Assembly: GCA_964439595.1 (NCBI GenBank) | Contig: CAYTOK010000006.1 | Coordinates: forward strand, 6,713-70,712 | Length of the DNA: 64,000 nucleotides | Origin: an uncultured bacterium | GTDB taxonomy: Bacteria > Chlamydiota > Chlamydiia > Chlamydiales > Rhabdochlamydiaceae | Direction of reading: 5' to 3' | Part shown: positions 18,465-31,182 of the stretch, piece by piece | Layout of the letters: each line of letters starts with the position of its first letter | Numbering within the stretch: the stretch's first letter is position 1 | Position numbers and translations under genes: made by a program | The notes under the pieces: generated by a model | The model's input: the letters and a program-made list of their open reading frames with translations, nothing else | What the model was told of the DNA's origin: nothing | Database searches by the model: none

Positions 18465-19037
18465 ATGATGAGTATTGGAAATGATTTTACAAATTTAAAA
18501 GCCGTAGATAATGTATGTGATTACATTCCTATTGTTAGCACTTTCAGCAACATAACGGATCTTTTTATTAAAGCTGTTATTTTACCAAATATGGATAATG
18601 CAGATATCAAAAAGAGTTCTTACTACTCCCATATTCAAAAAAAAGATACAGCCCGCTGTATTGTTTTATTAATTCCGCTAATCGGAAATCTTGCGCTAGG
18701 ACTTTTAGATTATTGTAAATATTTAGAAAATTTTGAAACAGTGATTGAAAAAGACATTAAGAATCATGGACCTTTTTCCCTAAAGTTTGCCAGTGAAAGG
18801 CTTAAAAATGATAAAACATTTATCCTAAAAATTTTGGCAACTTATCCTAAATGTTTAGAATTCGTTGGCCAAGAACTTTTTAAGGATGAAGAATTTGCTC
18901 TAAAAGCTGGGGAGATACTTGAGACCCGCCAGAAACAAGAATTATCTTCTTTGCAGGAAAAACATGCCTCAGAAACTGGTGCCTTAAAACAGCGTATCAG
19001 AGAGGCAGCCGAGACAAAAGACTCAGCAAATGTCTGA
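18465..19037 (+). CDS. Hypothetical protein: N-terminal hydrophobic segment plus a DUF4116-like repeat
   Basis: 190 aa. Hydrophobic CIVLLIPLIGNLALGLLDY. LKFASERLKNDKTFILKILATYPKCLEFVGQELFKDEEFALKA resembles the DUF4116 repeat consensus (yAs.eLknDkefvl.Av). The C-terminus is charged and helical. Confidence 0.45.
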   Translation: MMSIGNDFTNLKAVDNVCDYIPIVSTFSNITDLFIKAVILPNMDNADIKKSSYYSHIQKKDTARCIVLLIPLIGNLALGLLDYCKYLENFETVIEKDIKNHGPFSLKFASERLKNDKTFILKILATYPKCLEFVGQELFKDEEFALKAGEILETRQKQELSSLQEKHASETGALKQRIREAAETKDSANV

Positions 19038-19047
19038 AATTGTTTTG

Positions 19048-20022
19048 TTATCGAAGGGATTTCTCTGTTAAATAAAAAAGACGCTCTAAAACAACCTTAG
19101 GTTTGCTATATCTTTGGAGGGCAAGCCTTGCTTCTTCTATTAAAAAGTACATTTTTTCTAAAGAAGGAATTTCTCCTTGAGCTTGCCTTTCTAGCTCTAT
19201 CAGATGCCCTATATGAAATAAAGCATCAGAATTGCCCTCTATTTTTATATAGTGAAGATCTCTTACCCAAAATAATAAGTCAGCAAAAAGCAAATCTACT
19301 ATTTGAGAAGCTGCTTCCTCTTCTTTTTTTTCTATAAGTTTATCTAAAGAGTCCAAAGAAACGAGTAACGCTTGCGATGGCTCTTTAAGAAAAAAACGAC
19401 TTACAATTTCTAGGAACTGTGTTTTAATTGGGTCTTCCACTCCTTCTAATAACTCTAAAGCTCTAGAAAAAGAGCCACCGGAAGCTATAGCAATTTGGCG
19501 AGAATCTGTCGTTTTGGCTTGAAGAGCTTCTATTAAAGACGTCTCTCCTATAGGATAAAAAGGAACTTTCGTACATCTAGAAAGAATCGTTGGAAGCATC
19601 TCTTCTTCATGCGCTGTTAAAAGCACAAAAAGAATATGGGCAGGAGGTTCTTCTAAAATTTTAAGTAAGGTATTGCTCGCTGCTGGAAGCATCCTTTCCG
19701 CATCTTCTATTACATAGACTTTTTTATTTGCTTCATAAGGAACTAAAGACACTTCTTCTAACATTTCTTTAATGGCAGCGACGGAATGTAATTTGGTTTT
19801 CCCTTCGGGTCTAATCCACTTTACATCAGGATGATTTTCTGCAGCTATCTTGACAGCATGTTCTTTTCCTAAGAAATCCTGTAAAAAAGCCACAGCAAAG
19901 GCTGTCTTACCAACTCTTGGTGGCCCTGAAAACAATAAAACTTGCCTAGTAGCGGAATCCTTAAGTAAATTCCTTAAAAAGGACTTGGCAGAATCATTAC
20001 CTATAAGAGGGGTCAAGTGCAT
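19048..20022 (-). CDS. holB: DNA polymerase III delta' subunit
   Basis: 324 aa. Clamp-loader AAA+ motifs LLFSGPPRVGKTAFA, VYVIEDAERM, ASNTLLKILEEPP, LSRCTKV. Lies downstream of tmk, as is usual. Confidence 0.88.
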   Translation of the reverse strand: MHLTPLIGNDSAKSFLRNLLKDSATRQVLLFSGPPRVGKTAFAVAFLQDFLGKEHAVKIAAENHPDVKWIRPEGKTKLHSVAAIKEMLEEVSLVPYEANKKVYVIEDAERMLPAASNTLLKILEEPPAHILFVLLTAHEEEMLPTILSRCTKVPFYPIGETSLIEALQAKTTDSRQIAIASGGSFSRALELLEGVEDPIKTQFLEIVSRFFLKEPSQALLVSLDSLDKLIEKKEEEAASQIVDLLFADLLFWVRDLHYIKIEGNSDALFHIGHLIELERQAQGEIPSLEKMYFLIEEARLALQRYSKPKVVLERLFYLTEKSLR

Positions 20023-20623
20023 ATAGTATATCTATAGTTTGCTTTAAAAGGATTTCAGGAGGAAGCATGGCATCGAGTTTTTTAATGCGTTTAGGGTTTT
20101 CAAGGGCTAGATCACAAAAAGCTGTTCGAATTTTCTCATGAAAAGCTAAAGCCTCTGATTCTATTCGATCTTTAGCAATAGAAGACATAGCAACTCTAGA
20201 AAGACCCACTACCGGGTCTATGTCTAAATAAAAAGTGACATCTGGTTCAAGATTTTCTGTGGCAAAAAGACATAAGGAGCGCACAAAAACAGGGTCTAAC
20301 TCTCTAGCTGATCCCTGATAAGCTACAGTAGAATCGTTAAACCGGTCAACCAAGATAATTTGACCGGCCTTAAGAGCCGGTCTTATTATTTCTTTTACCT
20401 GATAGGCCCTATCTGCTAAAAACAAAAATAGCTCAGAACGAGGGTCTAATATTTCCCCATGAAGGAGCATGTTTCGTATTTGTTCCCCAAAAGGAGTTCC
20501 GCCAGGGGCCCTTGTTTGCAAAACAAACTTACCCCTTGCTAAGAACCACTCATGAAGTCCTTTCATAAGCGTGGACTTACCAGCTCCGTCTCCCCCTTCA
20601 AAGGAAATTAATAGCCCGTTCAT
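19997..20623 (-). CDS. tmk: Thymidylate kinase
   Basis: 208 aa. ISFEGGDGAGKST P-loop, DRFNDSTVAYQG, LDIDP. Confidence 0.93.
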   Translation of the reverse strand: MNGLLISFEGGDGAGKSTLMKGLHEWFLARGKFVLQTRAPGGTPFGEQIRNMLLHGEILDPRSELFLFLADRAYQVKEIIRPALKAGQIILVDRFNDSTVAYQGSARELDPVFVRSLCLFATENLEPDVTFYLDIDPVVGLSRVAMSSIAKDRIESEALAFHEKIRTAFCDLALENPKRIKKLDAMLPPEILLKQTIDILYALDPSYR

Positions 20624-23100
20624 TCGGAACTAGTAGGCTCTTCTTTTTCTTTAGATGCCCCCTCTACAACGCTGATCTTTTGAATTCCGACAATGGTGCT
20701 TCCTTCATGTAAATTAACAAGACGAACACCTTGTGTCGACCGCCCCATAACCCGTACTTCTTCTAGAGAAATTCGAACAGTTTGGCCTCCTGTTGACATT
20801 AAAATCACACTGTCATCGTCTTTTACAGAAATAGCTCCAACCACGCCCCCATTACGATCGCTTGTAATAATAGAGCGAACTCCGACGCCTCCTCGATTAG
20901 TTTGCCTGAATTCTTCTACTTTAGATCTTTTACCAAAACCGTTTTCACAAACAATAAGAAGAGAGTCATCTTGATTGACAACTTCACAAGAAACAACGCT
21001 ATCTTTTTCACTGCGCAGAGTTACTCCTTTAACACCTCTAGCTACTCTTCCTATAGGACGAGCAAGGCTTTGATCAAAACGCACAGCCATCCCTTCTTTT
21101 GTAAAAAGCATTACTTGCTGATTTTCAAAAGTAAGACGAGCAGCTATGACTTCATCGCCTTCGTCAATGTTAATAGCATAAACTCCCTTTCTACGAGGAG
21201 AGTCAAAGGCTTTAAGTTCTGTTTTTTTCACCACCCCTTGACGTGTGCAAAGAAGGATATAAGCTGGATCTTCAAAACTCTTCACTCGAAGTACTGCGGC
21301 AATCTTTTCTCCTTCTTGGATCCCTTCTAGTAAATTGATAACCGCTTTTCCTTTAGATCTTCGGCTACCTTCTGGAATCTGCCATACTTTTAACCAGTAA
21401 CATCTTCCAAAGCTGGTGAAAATAAGTAGGGAATCATGAGTAGAAGCAACATACACATCTTTTAACCCGTCGGCTTCTTTCTTCATCTCCATGCCAGTAA
21501 CACCCTGGCCGCCTCTTCTTTGCTCTCTAAAAGTATCTACAGGCATTCTCTTAATGTAGTCATCTTCTGACATAGTAATAATCACCTGCTCATCAGCAAT
21601 GAGGTCTTCCATATTGAATTCCCCTTCAGCAGCGATGATTTTTGTACGACGGTCAGATAAATGATGCTTTTTAAGCTCTAAAAGCTCCTCTTTAATAATG
21701 CCGCGAACAAGCGCTTCACTAGCTAAAACAGCTCTAAAATGGGCTATCTTAGCCAAAAGGTCTCTATATTCATTTTCAATTTTCTCTCTTTCTAAACCAG
21801 TTAACTGGTACAGTCTTAGGTCTAGAACCGCACCGGCTTGTCTTTCCGTTAAAGAATAAAGATCCATAAGCTGCATCTTAGCTTCATCTTTACTAGAGCT
21901 ACTTCTAATGATTTTCACTACTTCATCTAGATGATCTAGCGCTTTAAGGTAACCTTCCAGGATATGAGCTCTTGCTTCTGCTTTAGCCAGTTCAAAGCGA
22001 GTCCTTCTACGGATCACTTCAATTCTATGTTCAATCCAAGCTACAATGAATTGTTTCACATTCATTGTGCGTGGTAAGCCCTTATCTAAGGCTAGCATAT
22101 TGCAACCAAAAGTTACCTGCATATCCGTGAACTTATAGAGTTGATTCACTGTTACATCAGGGATCTCTCCCCTTTTTAGTTCTACAACAACGCGCATACC
22201 ATCTTTATCAGATTCATCACGAATATCAGATACTCCCGTCATGGCTTTATCATTGACAAGCTCTGCTACCCTTTGAATCAGATTGGACTTACTGATATTA
22301 TAAGGAATTTCATCAATAACAAGCCTTTGTCGATCAGTCCCTTCCATATCTTCAATACGGATAACTCCACGAAGAGTAATTTTCCCTCTTCCTGTATGGT
22401 AGGCTTCTTTTACTCCTCGATATCCACAGATAATACCGCCTGTAGGAAAGTCTGGAGCCGGCATTAAATTCATAATATCTTCAATACTCGCTTCTTGATT
22501 ATCTATGCAAAATAAAGTAGCAGCTATCAACTCTCCCATATTATGAGGAGGAATATTTGTTGCCATCCCTACAGCAATACCGGAAGAACCGTTTGCTAAT
22601 AGGTTAGGAAATTTTGCAGGAAATACCGTCGGCTCCGTCTTTGTTTCATCATAGTTAGGAACTAAATCCACGGTGTCTTTTTCTAGGTCTTCCATAAGAG
22701 CCATAGATGAATGCGTTAAACGAGCTTCTGTATAACGCATAGCGGCCGGAGGGTCACCATCGACCGAACCAAAGTTTCCTTGGCCATGTATCAAAGGATG
22801 TCTCATAGACCAATCTTGGGCCATACGCACAAGAGTAGGATAAATAACAGTCTCTCCGTGAGGATGGTAATCCCCTGAGGTATCCCCGGAAATCTTAGCG
22901 CATTTACGATGCTTAGACGAAGGAGATAAACTCAACTGTCTCATAGCATATAAAATACGCCTTTGTGAAGGTTTAAGCCCATCTCTCACATCGGGAAGAG
23001 CTCTTGAAATAATAACCGACATGGAATAGCGTAGGTAGCTTTCCTTAACTTCTTCTTCCACATTCTTTGGAAGGATAATTTCTCCATCTGTATACGACAT
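20620..23100 (-). CDS. gyrA: DNA gyrase subunit A
   Basis: 826 aa. SRALPDVRDGLKPSQRRILYAM, catalytic region AAMRYTEARL, HPHGE, and C-terminal beta-pinwheel repeats. Confidence 0.96.
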   Translation of the reverse strand: MSYTDGEIILPKNVEEEVKESYLRYSMSVIISRALPDVRDGLKPSQRRILYAMRQLSLSPSSKHRKCAKISGDTSGDYHPHGETVIYPTLVRMAQDWSMRHPLIHGQGNFGSVDGDPPAAMRYTEARLTHSSMALMEDLEKDTVDLVPNYDETKTEPTVFPAKFPNLLANGSSGIAVGMATNIPPHNMGELIAATLFCIDNQEASIEDIMNLMPAPDFPTGGIICGYRGVKEAYHTGRGKITLRGVIRIEDMEGTDRQRLVIDEIPYNISKSNLIQRVAELVNDKAMTGVSDIRDESDKDGMRVVVELKRGEIPDVTVNQLYKFTDMQVTFGCNMLALDKGLPRTMNVKQFIVAWIEHRIEVIRRRTRFELAKAEARAHILEGYLKALDHLDEVVKIIRSSSSKDEAKMQLMDLYSLTERQAGAVLDLRLYQLTGLEREKIENEYRDLLAKIAHFRAVLASEALVRGIIKEELLELKKHHLSDRRTKIIAAEGEFNMEDLIADEQVIITMSEDDYIKRMPVDTFREQRRGGQGVTGMEMKKEADGLKDVYVASTHDSLLIFTSFGRCYWLKVWQIPEGSRRSKGKAVINLLEGIQEGEKIAAVLRVKSFEDPAYILLCTRQGVVKKTELKAFDSPRRKGVYAINIDEGDEVIAARLTFENQQVMLFTKEGMAVRFDQSLARPIGRVARGVKGVTLRSEKDSVVSCEVVNQDDSLLIVCENGFGKRSKVEEFRQTNRGGVGVRSIITSDRNGGVVGAISVKDDDSVILMSTGGQTVRISLEEVRVMGRSTQGVRLVNLHEGSTIVGIQKISVVEGASKEKEEPTSSE

Positions 23101-23117
23101 AGATGTACACTTCTCCC

Positions 23118-25589
<2,472 letters not shown>

Positions 25590-25628
25590 TTACACCTTAA
25601 AATCCTTTACTTTAATCTTTTTGGCTTC

Positions 25629-25967
25629 TTAGCCAAGACGAAATACAATATTTAAAATCTTAACCGACGGGAACTTTTTCTGCATTTGGCTAAGTAACCT
25701 CGTCCTTTCATGTTGTAACAACAAGCTGTAAAGTGAAGAGTTTTTCACCTTTACAGTTAGCAGTCCATTAATAAAGGATACAGCCGTCGTCATAGGAGAT
25801 AACTTCTCTCCTATAATTTCAGGCCACGCGAGTAAAATCAAATCAGGCCTATCTTGAAACCGAAAGTTAGCTTTAGCTATCCATTCGGGTAAAAGAGCTG
25901 AAAGCTCTTTTCCTGTAGGCTCAATTTCATCATAATTTTTAGGCGTCCTTCGCAATTTCCTAGCCAT
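25629..25967 (-). CDS. DUF721-family protein
   Basis: 112 aa from the ATG at 25967 (MARKLRRTPKNYD...). LLAWPEIIGEKLSPMTTAVSFINGLLTVKVKNSSLYSLLLQHERTRLLSQMQKKF is typical DUF721. Sits directly upstream of gyrB. Confidence 0.7.
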   Translation of the reverse strand: MARKLRRTPKNYDEIEPTGKELSALLPEWIAKANFRFQDRPDLILLAWPEIIGEKLSPMTTAVSFINGLLTVKVKNSSLYSLLLQHERTRLLSQMQKKFPSVKILNIVFRLG

Positions 25968-26150
25968 AAGCACCCATCGCATTAGACTCAAACTATAGAG
26001 AAATACCAGGCAAAATAGCAACAAAAATTATCCAGGAATCTTGCTTTTATCATAATCAGGAAATTTGTATGTCTTTTGAAAAATTTACATAGAAGTATTT
26101 AAACTTTCAGGAATCTGACTAAAGATAAAAAACCTAATTGATCAGAATAA

Positions 26151-26168
26151 GGAGAGCATAGACTCTCC
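26151..26168 (-). terminator. Weak hairpin after mgtE
   Basis: On the minus strand, GGAGAG-TCTATG-CTCTCC followed by TTATTCT, ~20 nt after the mgtE stop. Confidence 0.25.
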
Positions 26169-26189
26169 CCTATCCTATCAAACCATTTA

Positions 26190-27662
26190 TCATAGCAGCC
26201 AGGATCTTAATCCCATAGCAATAAGAAAATAGATTAACATAGATAAAAAGTCATTAAGCGCTGTAACAATAGGGCCGGACGCTACGGCCGGATCTATCCC
26301 TATTCGCACAAAAAATAAAGGAGAGAAAACACCAAGAAGCGTTCCTGTTAAACACGCACCTGTTAACCCCATACCTACAATAAGACCGACAGCAAAAGGA
26401 CCTAGCGAAGATTCAGGGGTTCCAATAAAATCTAAAAGATATACTAGAGTTCCGCAAAGGACCCCAAAAATTACTCCAGCAATAGAGCCGATGGAAATTT
26501 CTTTAAAAATAGCTTCAGCTTTATTTTTCTTGGATAACATCCCTGTTGCCATATTTCTCACCAAAATCGTACTACATTGGATGCCAATATTGCCAGACAT
26601 CCCGGTAATCAGAGGGACAAAAAAAAGGGCAAAAGTTAGGAATCCATCTTCGTATCTTTGAAACCAGGTCATGACTCCCACATTTAAAAGTCCGGCGCAA
26701 AGGGTAACAAAAAGCCAAGGAGCTCTATAAAAAAAACGTTTTCCTAAAGACTCTTGCTCACTGACTTTTTCAGCAGTACCAGCCATATTAGCAATGGTTT
26801 CATCAGCAATGTCTTCAATAGCTTCTATAATATCTTCATGGGCAATCACACCAACCAAAAGATTTTCCCCGTCAACTACAGGAATTGCTGAAAGCTGATA
26901 TCTTTCAGCAAGCTCCACCACTTCTTCTCTGGAAGTTTCAGGAAAAACTTTGTGGGCAATGGACTTCATCACCTGTCTTAAAGGCAAGCTAGGTGGGTTA
27001 ATAATAAGATTACGAGCTGGAACATAACCTTGTAGCTCACCGTGGGTATTTAAAACAAAAATACGATCAGTGAGACCTATACCAGGGTTATTTCGTATAA
27101 ATCCCGCTACCTCCCCAATAGACATCTCCATCTGAAAAGCAAAAAATTCATTCGTCATGAGACGGCCAGCCGTATTTCTTTGATGTTTTTTGATTTCTCG
27201 GATTTTAGAAGCCTTTATAGGGTCTAGTAGATCTAAAATCCTCCTAAATCTTCTTTCTGAAACATCTTCCAGAACATAAAAAGCATCATCCGGAGGCATG
27301 CTTTCTACTAATTGTTTTGTCTCTTCGTCTGAGATATGCTGAAAAACAGCGACGCGGGTCCTACTGTCAGTGTTAATTAAAAACTCCATTTTAGCAAAAT
27401 GACCGGAAAGATTGTCATATAAAATGGGCCTTTCCACGGCAGGAAGCCTTGAAGCTGCGTAAGCAAGATCTATAGGGGAATGCTCTGAAACTATTTTAGC
27501 TATGTCGTGCAAAATAAGAGTTGACGTTTGCTTATGAAAGGCTTGCTCTAATTTTTCTCCTAAAATATCTGCTAATTGAGCTATTTTAGATTCTAATAAA
27601 TTAGCTGAAGCGGGAACTTCTTCTTCAAAAGTAGGAGAATCCTCCTCTATAAATCCTTTCAC
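26190..27662 (-). CDS. mgtE: Magnesium transporter MgtE
   Basis: 490 aa with a GTG start. MgtE-N domain, tandem CBS domains (SAIPVVDGENLLVGVIAHEDI), and a five-TM C-terminal channel with PLITGMSGNIGIQ and ASGPIVTALND. Confidence 0.92.
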   Translation of the reverse strand: MKGFIEEDSPTFEEEVPASANLLESKIAQLADILGEKLEQAFHKQTSTLILHDIAKIVSEHSPIDLAYAASRLPAVERPILYDNLSGHFAKMEFLINTDSRTRVAVFQHISDEETKQLVESMPPDDAFYVLEDVSERRFRRILDLLDPIKASKIREIKKHQRNTAGRLMTNEFFAFQMEMSIGEVAGFIRNNPGIGLTDRIFVLNTHGELQGYVPARNLIINPPSLPLRQVMKSIAHKVFPETSREEVVELAERYQLSAIPVVDGENLLVGVIAHEDIIEAIEDIADETIANMAGTAEKVSEQESLGKRFFYRAPWLFVTLCAGLLNVGVMTWFQRYEDGFLTFALFFVPLITGMSGNIGIQCSTILVRNMATGMLSKKNKAEAIFKEISIGSIAGVIFGVLCGTLVYLLDFIGTPESSLGPFAVGLIVGMGLTGACLTGTLLGVFSPLFFVRIGIDPAVASGPIVTALNDFLSMLIYFLIAMGLRSWLL

Positions 27663-27832
27663 AAAACACCCCCCCCTAGGACATACTCAAAACTATAGAC
27701 AAATTGAAGATATTCATAAAGATAAATATTATTAAAATACCGATCCCTTTGCTAATTTAAGAAATTCAAAATTTTTGGTGGCTTTTTAAGGTAGAATCTT
27801 TTAACATCCTCTTTTCTTTTAACAGGAGACCT

Positions 27833-29662
27833 ATGTCCACACCAAAAAAATTTACACCAGAAAAGATTAGAAATATAGCTATTATTGCCCACATTGACCA
27901 TGGAAAAACAACCATGCTAGATGGTCTTTTAAAGCAATCCAACGTTTTTCGTGAAAATGAAAAAGTACCAGAAAGAGCCATGGATAGCTACGACCAAGAA
28001 AAAGAACGCGGTATTACTATTTTCGCGAAACATACAAGCATATTCTTTGAAGATTATAAAATTAATATTATAGATACTCCTGGGCATGCGGACTTCTCTG
28101 GAGAAGTAGAAAGAGTTCTAGGTCTTGTTAACTGCGTACTTCTTCTTGTTGACGCACAAGAAGGTCCTATGCCACAAACTCGTTTCGTACTTTCTCAAGC
28201 ATTAAAAATGGGATTAAAGCCTATTGTTGTCTTAAACAAGATAGATCGTCCTTTCGCAGATCCAGATAGAGCTTTAAATCTTACTTTTGATCTTTTCGTA
28301 GAACTTGGCGCAACAGATGAACAGTTAGACTTTACCGTATGCTACGCATCAGGCCTTGGAGGCTTTGCGATTAAAGAACTTAAAGATCCTCGCGTTGACA
28401 TGAGACCTCTTTTTGAGTTAATTATAGAAAAAGTACCTCACCCACCCGGAAACATTGACCTGCCCTTTTTAATGCAAGCAACAACTCTAAGTTACGATGA
28501 TTTTGTGGGAAGACAAGCTTGCGGAAGAATTTTAGAAGGAGTGGTAAAAAAAGGACAACTCCTGACTCGTGTAGATAAAAACGGGCACCCAACACAACAT
28601 AAAATTGTCCGCATTGAAGGATACTTCGGTCTTAAAAAAATAGAGATGGACGAAGGAAGTGTTGGAGACATCGTCAGCCTTTCAGGCATCCCTGATATTA
28701 TGATTGGCGACACTCTTTGTGATCCAAGCCACGTAGTCCATCTTCCCCCTATCACTTTAGCAGAACCAACTCTTTCTATCGAGATGATGGTTAACAACTC
28801 TCCTATGGTAGGAAAAGATGGTAAACATGTCACAATGAATAAAATTAGAGATAGGCTTCTACTAGAAAAAAGAGCAAATATTTCTCTTAAAATTGAAGAA
28901 ATAGAAGGAGCTGATGATTCAATACGTGTTTGTGGAAGAGGAGAACTGCATCTAGCTGTTCTTATTGAAGCTATGCGAAGAGAAGACTATGAATTCACCC
29001 TTTCCAAGCCTAAAGTTATTATTAAAAAAATAGATGGCGTAGATCATGAGCCTCTTGAAGCGGTACATATAGAAGTTCCTCAAGAATTCTCCGGACCTGT
29101 TATTGAAGAAATGTCAAAAAGAAAGGGAGAAATGCGTTCCTTAGATACAAATGAACACGATATCACAACCATGGAATTTCTTATTCCTACAAGAGGTCTT
29201 ATGGGATATCGCAATGAATTCCTAACTGTTACAAGAGGTCTTGGAATTCTAACTTCTGTATTTGATAGTTATGTGCCTTGGAGAGGAGCTATTCCTGGCA
29301 GAGCACGTGGAGTACTTATCTCCAATGGATCCGGTAAAGCAACAGCATACTCCTGCTATAGTGTGCAAGAGCGAGGATCTCTCTTTGTAGGTCATGGAGA
29401 TGAAGTGTATGAGGGGATGATTGTAGGACAAAATAGTAGAGATAATGATCTTATTGTCAATGTTACCAAAGGAAAAGCTCTAACAAACGTAAGAGCCTCC
29501 GGTAGCGATGAAAACATTATCCTCGTTCCTCATAGAAGATTTACTCTTGAGGCTGCCATTGACTTTATTGAAGATGACGAACAAATTGAAGTTACCCCCC
29601 ACTTTATTCGTTTAAGAAAGCGCTTCTTATTAGAAAACGATAGAAAACGCTTTTCTAAATAA
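27833..29662 (+). CDS. typA: Translational GTPase TypA/BipA
   Basis: 609 aa. [28 protein letters not shown]-like domains and a BipA-specific C-terminal domain. Confidence 0.95.
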   Translation: MSTPKKFTPEKIRNIAIIAHIDHGKTTMLDGLLKQSNVFRENEKVPERAMDSYDQEKERGITIFAKHTSIFFEDYKINIIDTPGHADFSGEVERVLGLVNCVLLLVDAQEGPMPQTRFVLSQALKMGLKPIVVLNKIDRPFADPDRALNLTFDLFVELGATDEQLDFTVCYASGLGGFAIKELKDPRVDMRPLFELIIEKVPHPPGNIDLPFLMQATTLSYDDFVGRQACGRILEGVVKKGQLLTRVDKNGHPTQHKIVRIEGYFGLKKIEMDEGSVGDIVSLSGIPDIMIGDTLCDPSHVVHLPPITLAEPTLSIEMMVNNSPMVGKDGKHVTMNKIRDRLLLEKRANISLKIEEIEGADDSIRVCGRGELHLAVLIEAMRREDYEFTLSKPKVIIKKIDGVDHEPLEAVHIEVPQEFSGPVIEEMSKRKGEMRSLDTNEHDITTMEFLIPTRGLMGYRNEFLTVTRGLGILTSVFDSYVPWRGAIPGRARGVLISNGSGKATAYSCYSVQERGSLFVGHGDEVYEGMIVGQNSRDNDLIVNVTKGKALTNVRASGSDENIILVPHRRFTLEAAIDFIEDDEQIEVTPHFIRLRKRFLLENDRKRFSK

Positions 29663-29679
29663 TAGTTTCTCTTTTTATA

Positions 29680-29708
29680 AAATGCCTCTTTTTTCAAGAG
29701 GCATTTTT
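29680..29708 (+). terminator. Intrinsic terminator after typA
   Basis: An 11-bp perfect stem AAATGCCTCTT / AAGAGGCATTT with loop TTTTC, running into TTTTTGCATTTT. Confidence 0.65.
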
Positions 29709-29813
29709 GCATTTTAATCAACTGATTTCAAAATATTTAAGATCATATTCTCTTGTAATTTAAGTAATTATAAATCCGAGAGATTATGCCTTTGGCAAGT
29801 GAACTATGCACAG

Positions 29814-30536
29814 CTAAAGCACCGACCTGGATCTAGCTAAAAGCTCTCCGATTTTCCCCGATAAGGAGTTTTTAAACTCTTCTTTAGTCGCTGTTTCAAC
29901 TACCATCCCCTCTTCCATTAGTAAAATTCGGTCCGACACCTTAAATGCAAAATCCATATCCTGACTAGCGATGACAATTCCTTTTTTCTGCTTTTTAAGA
30001 CAATTTAAGATAGTAATCAGCCGGTCCACATTTTCTGGATCAAGAGCCGAAGTCGGTTCATCTAGAAATAAGAATAGAGCGTTAGAAGCTATCGCACGAG
30101 CAATTGCTACCCTCTGCTGCTGACCACCTGATAACGTCTGGGGATGAGCCTCTATCCAAGGCACCATATCTAGTAAGCTCAGGATTTCTTTGGCTTTCAC
30201 CGCCGCTTCTTTTTTCGTAAGGCCATGGATAATTTGTAAAGGAAAACTGCAGTTTTCCAAAACATTCATATGAGGAAAAAGTGCATATGTTTGAGGAACA
30301 AATCCAATCGCTTTCCCTCTTTGTTTTGGTGGCAAATCTACTAAAGATTGCCCATCCAAAACGATCGTTCCCTCATAAGAGCTTTCTATTTGGGCAAGGC
30401 AGCGTAAAAAGGAAGTTTTTCCGGATCCACTTTTTCCTAAAAGAACAGTAATTTCACCCTGTCCTATTTGACAGCTTACCTGCTTCAAAATACGAACTTT
30501 TCCTTTCATTAAAGACACCTCTTTAATTTCTAGCAT
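29814..30536 (-). CDS. Polar amino-acid ABC transporter, ATP-binding protein
   Basis: 240 aa. GKSGSGKTS (Walker A), LSGGQQQRVAIARA (signature), LFLDEPTSALD (Walker B). Confidence 0.92.
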   Translation of the reverse strand: MLEIKEVSLMKGKVRILKQVSCQIGQGEITVLLGKSGSGKTSFLRCLAQIESSYEGTIVLDGQSLVDLPPKQRGKAIGFVPQTYALFPHMNVLENCSFPLQIIHGLTKKEAAVKAKEILSLLDMVPWIEAHPQTLSGGQQQRVAIARAIASNALFLFLDEPTSALDPENVDRLITILNCLKKQKKGIVIASQDMDFAFKVSDRILLMEEGMVVETATKEEFKNSLSGKIGELLARSRSVL

Positions 30537-31182
30537 AGGAAAGTCTCCTTTCTAACATCCTGCTGATAAGATTAAATACGGCCGATAAAATTAAATAAAA
30601 AAAGGCAACCATCAAATAAATAGGAACAGGCTCCATTTCTTTACTTACTAGATTCATTCCGACCCGTGTCAACTCCAAAAGCCCAATAGAAGAAACAATA
30701 GATGTGCTTTTCAACAAAGAATCCATCTCGCTATTAAATGCAGGAAGCACATTACGAACCATCTGTGGCAAAATGACATAACGTAAGATTTGCCACTTAC
30801 TGTATCCAAGAGTAAATGCCACCTCCCATTGAACAGCAGCAATCGAATTGATTCCTGCCCTTATGATCTGAGAAACATAGCCAGAAGAACACATTCCAAG
30901 CGCTAAAACAGAAGCAGGGAAAGGCTCTAAGTTAAAGCCAAAAAGATCCGGTAAAACAAAGTAGACAATTAAAAGCTGCACGTAAAAAGGAACTGCCCTA
31001 TAGATAAAGGTAACAACATCGATAACTTGTGATAGAATCCGCACTCTGAGTCGATCAGAAGACAATATTCCCCAAATAAGCCCTAAAGAAAAACTCAAAG
31101 GAGCAGCTATCGCAAGCACTTGAAGTGTCATCAAAGTCCCCTTTATAAATAAAGGCTGAGACCGCAAAAATAGCTCGATCAT
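30523..31182 (-). CDS. Polar amino-acid ABC transporter, permease
   Basis: His/Glu/Gln/Arg-type permease (VAFTLGYSKWQILRYVILPQMVRNVLPAF..., 5 TM). I prefer the ATG at 31182, which has an ATGA overlap with the SBP stop and GGGGGA upstream. The track start at 31197 is also possible. Confidence 0.88.
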   Translation of the reverse strand: MIELFLRSQPLFIKGTLMTLQVLAIAAPLSFSLGLIWGILSSDRLRVRILSQVIDVVTFIYRAVPFYVQLLIVYFVLPDLFGFNLEPFPASVLALGMCSSGYVSQIIRAGINSIAAVQWEVAFTLGYSKWQILRYVILPQMVRNVLPAFNSEMDSLLKSTSIVSSIGLLELTRVGMNLVSKEMEPVPIYLMVAFFYLILSAVFNLISRMLERRLSYARN

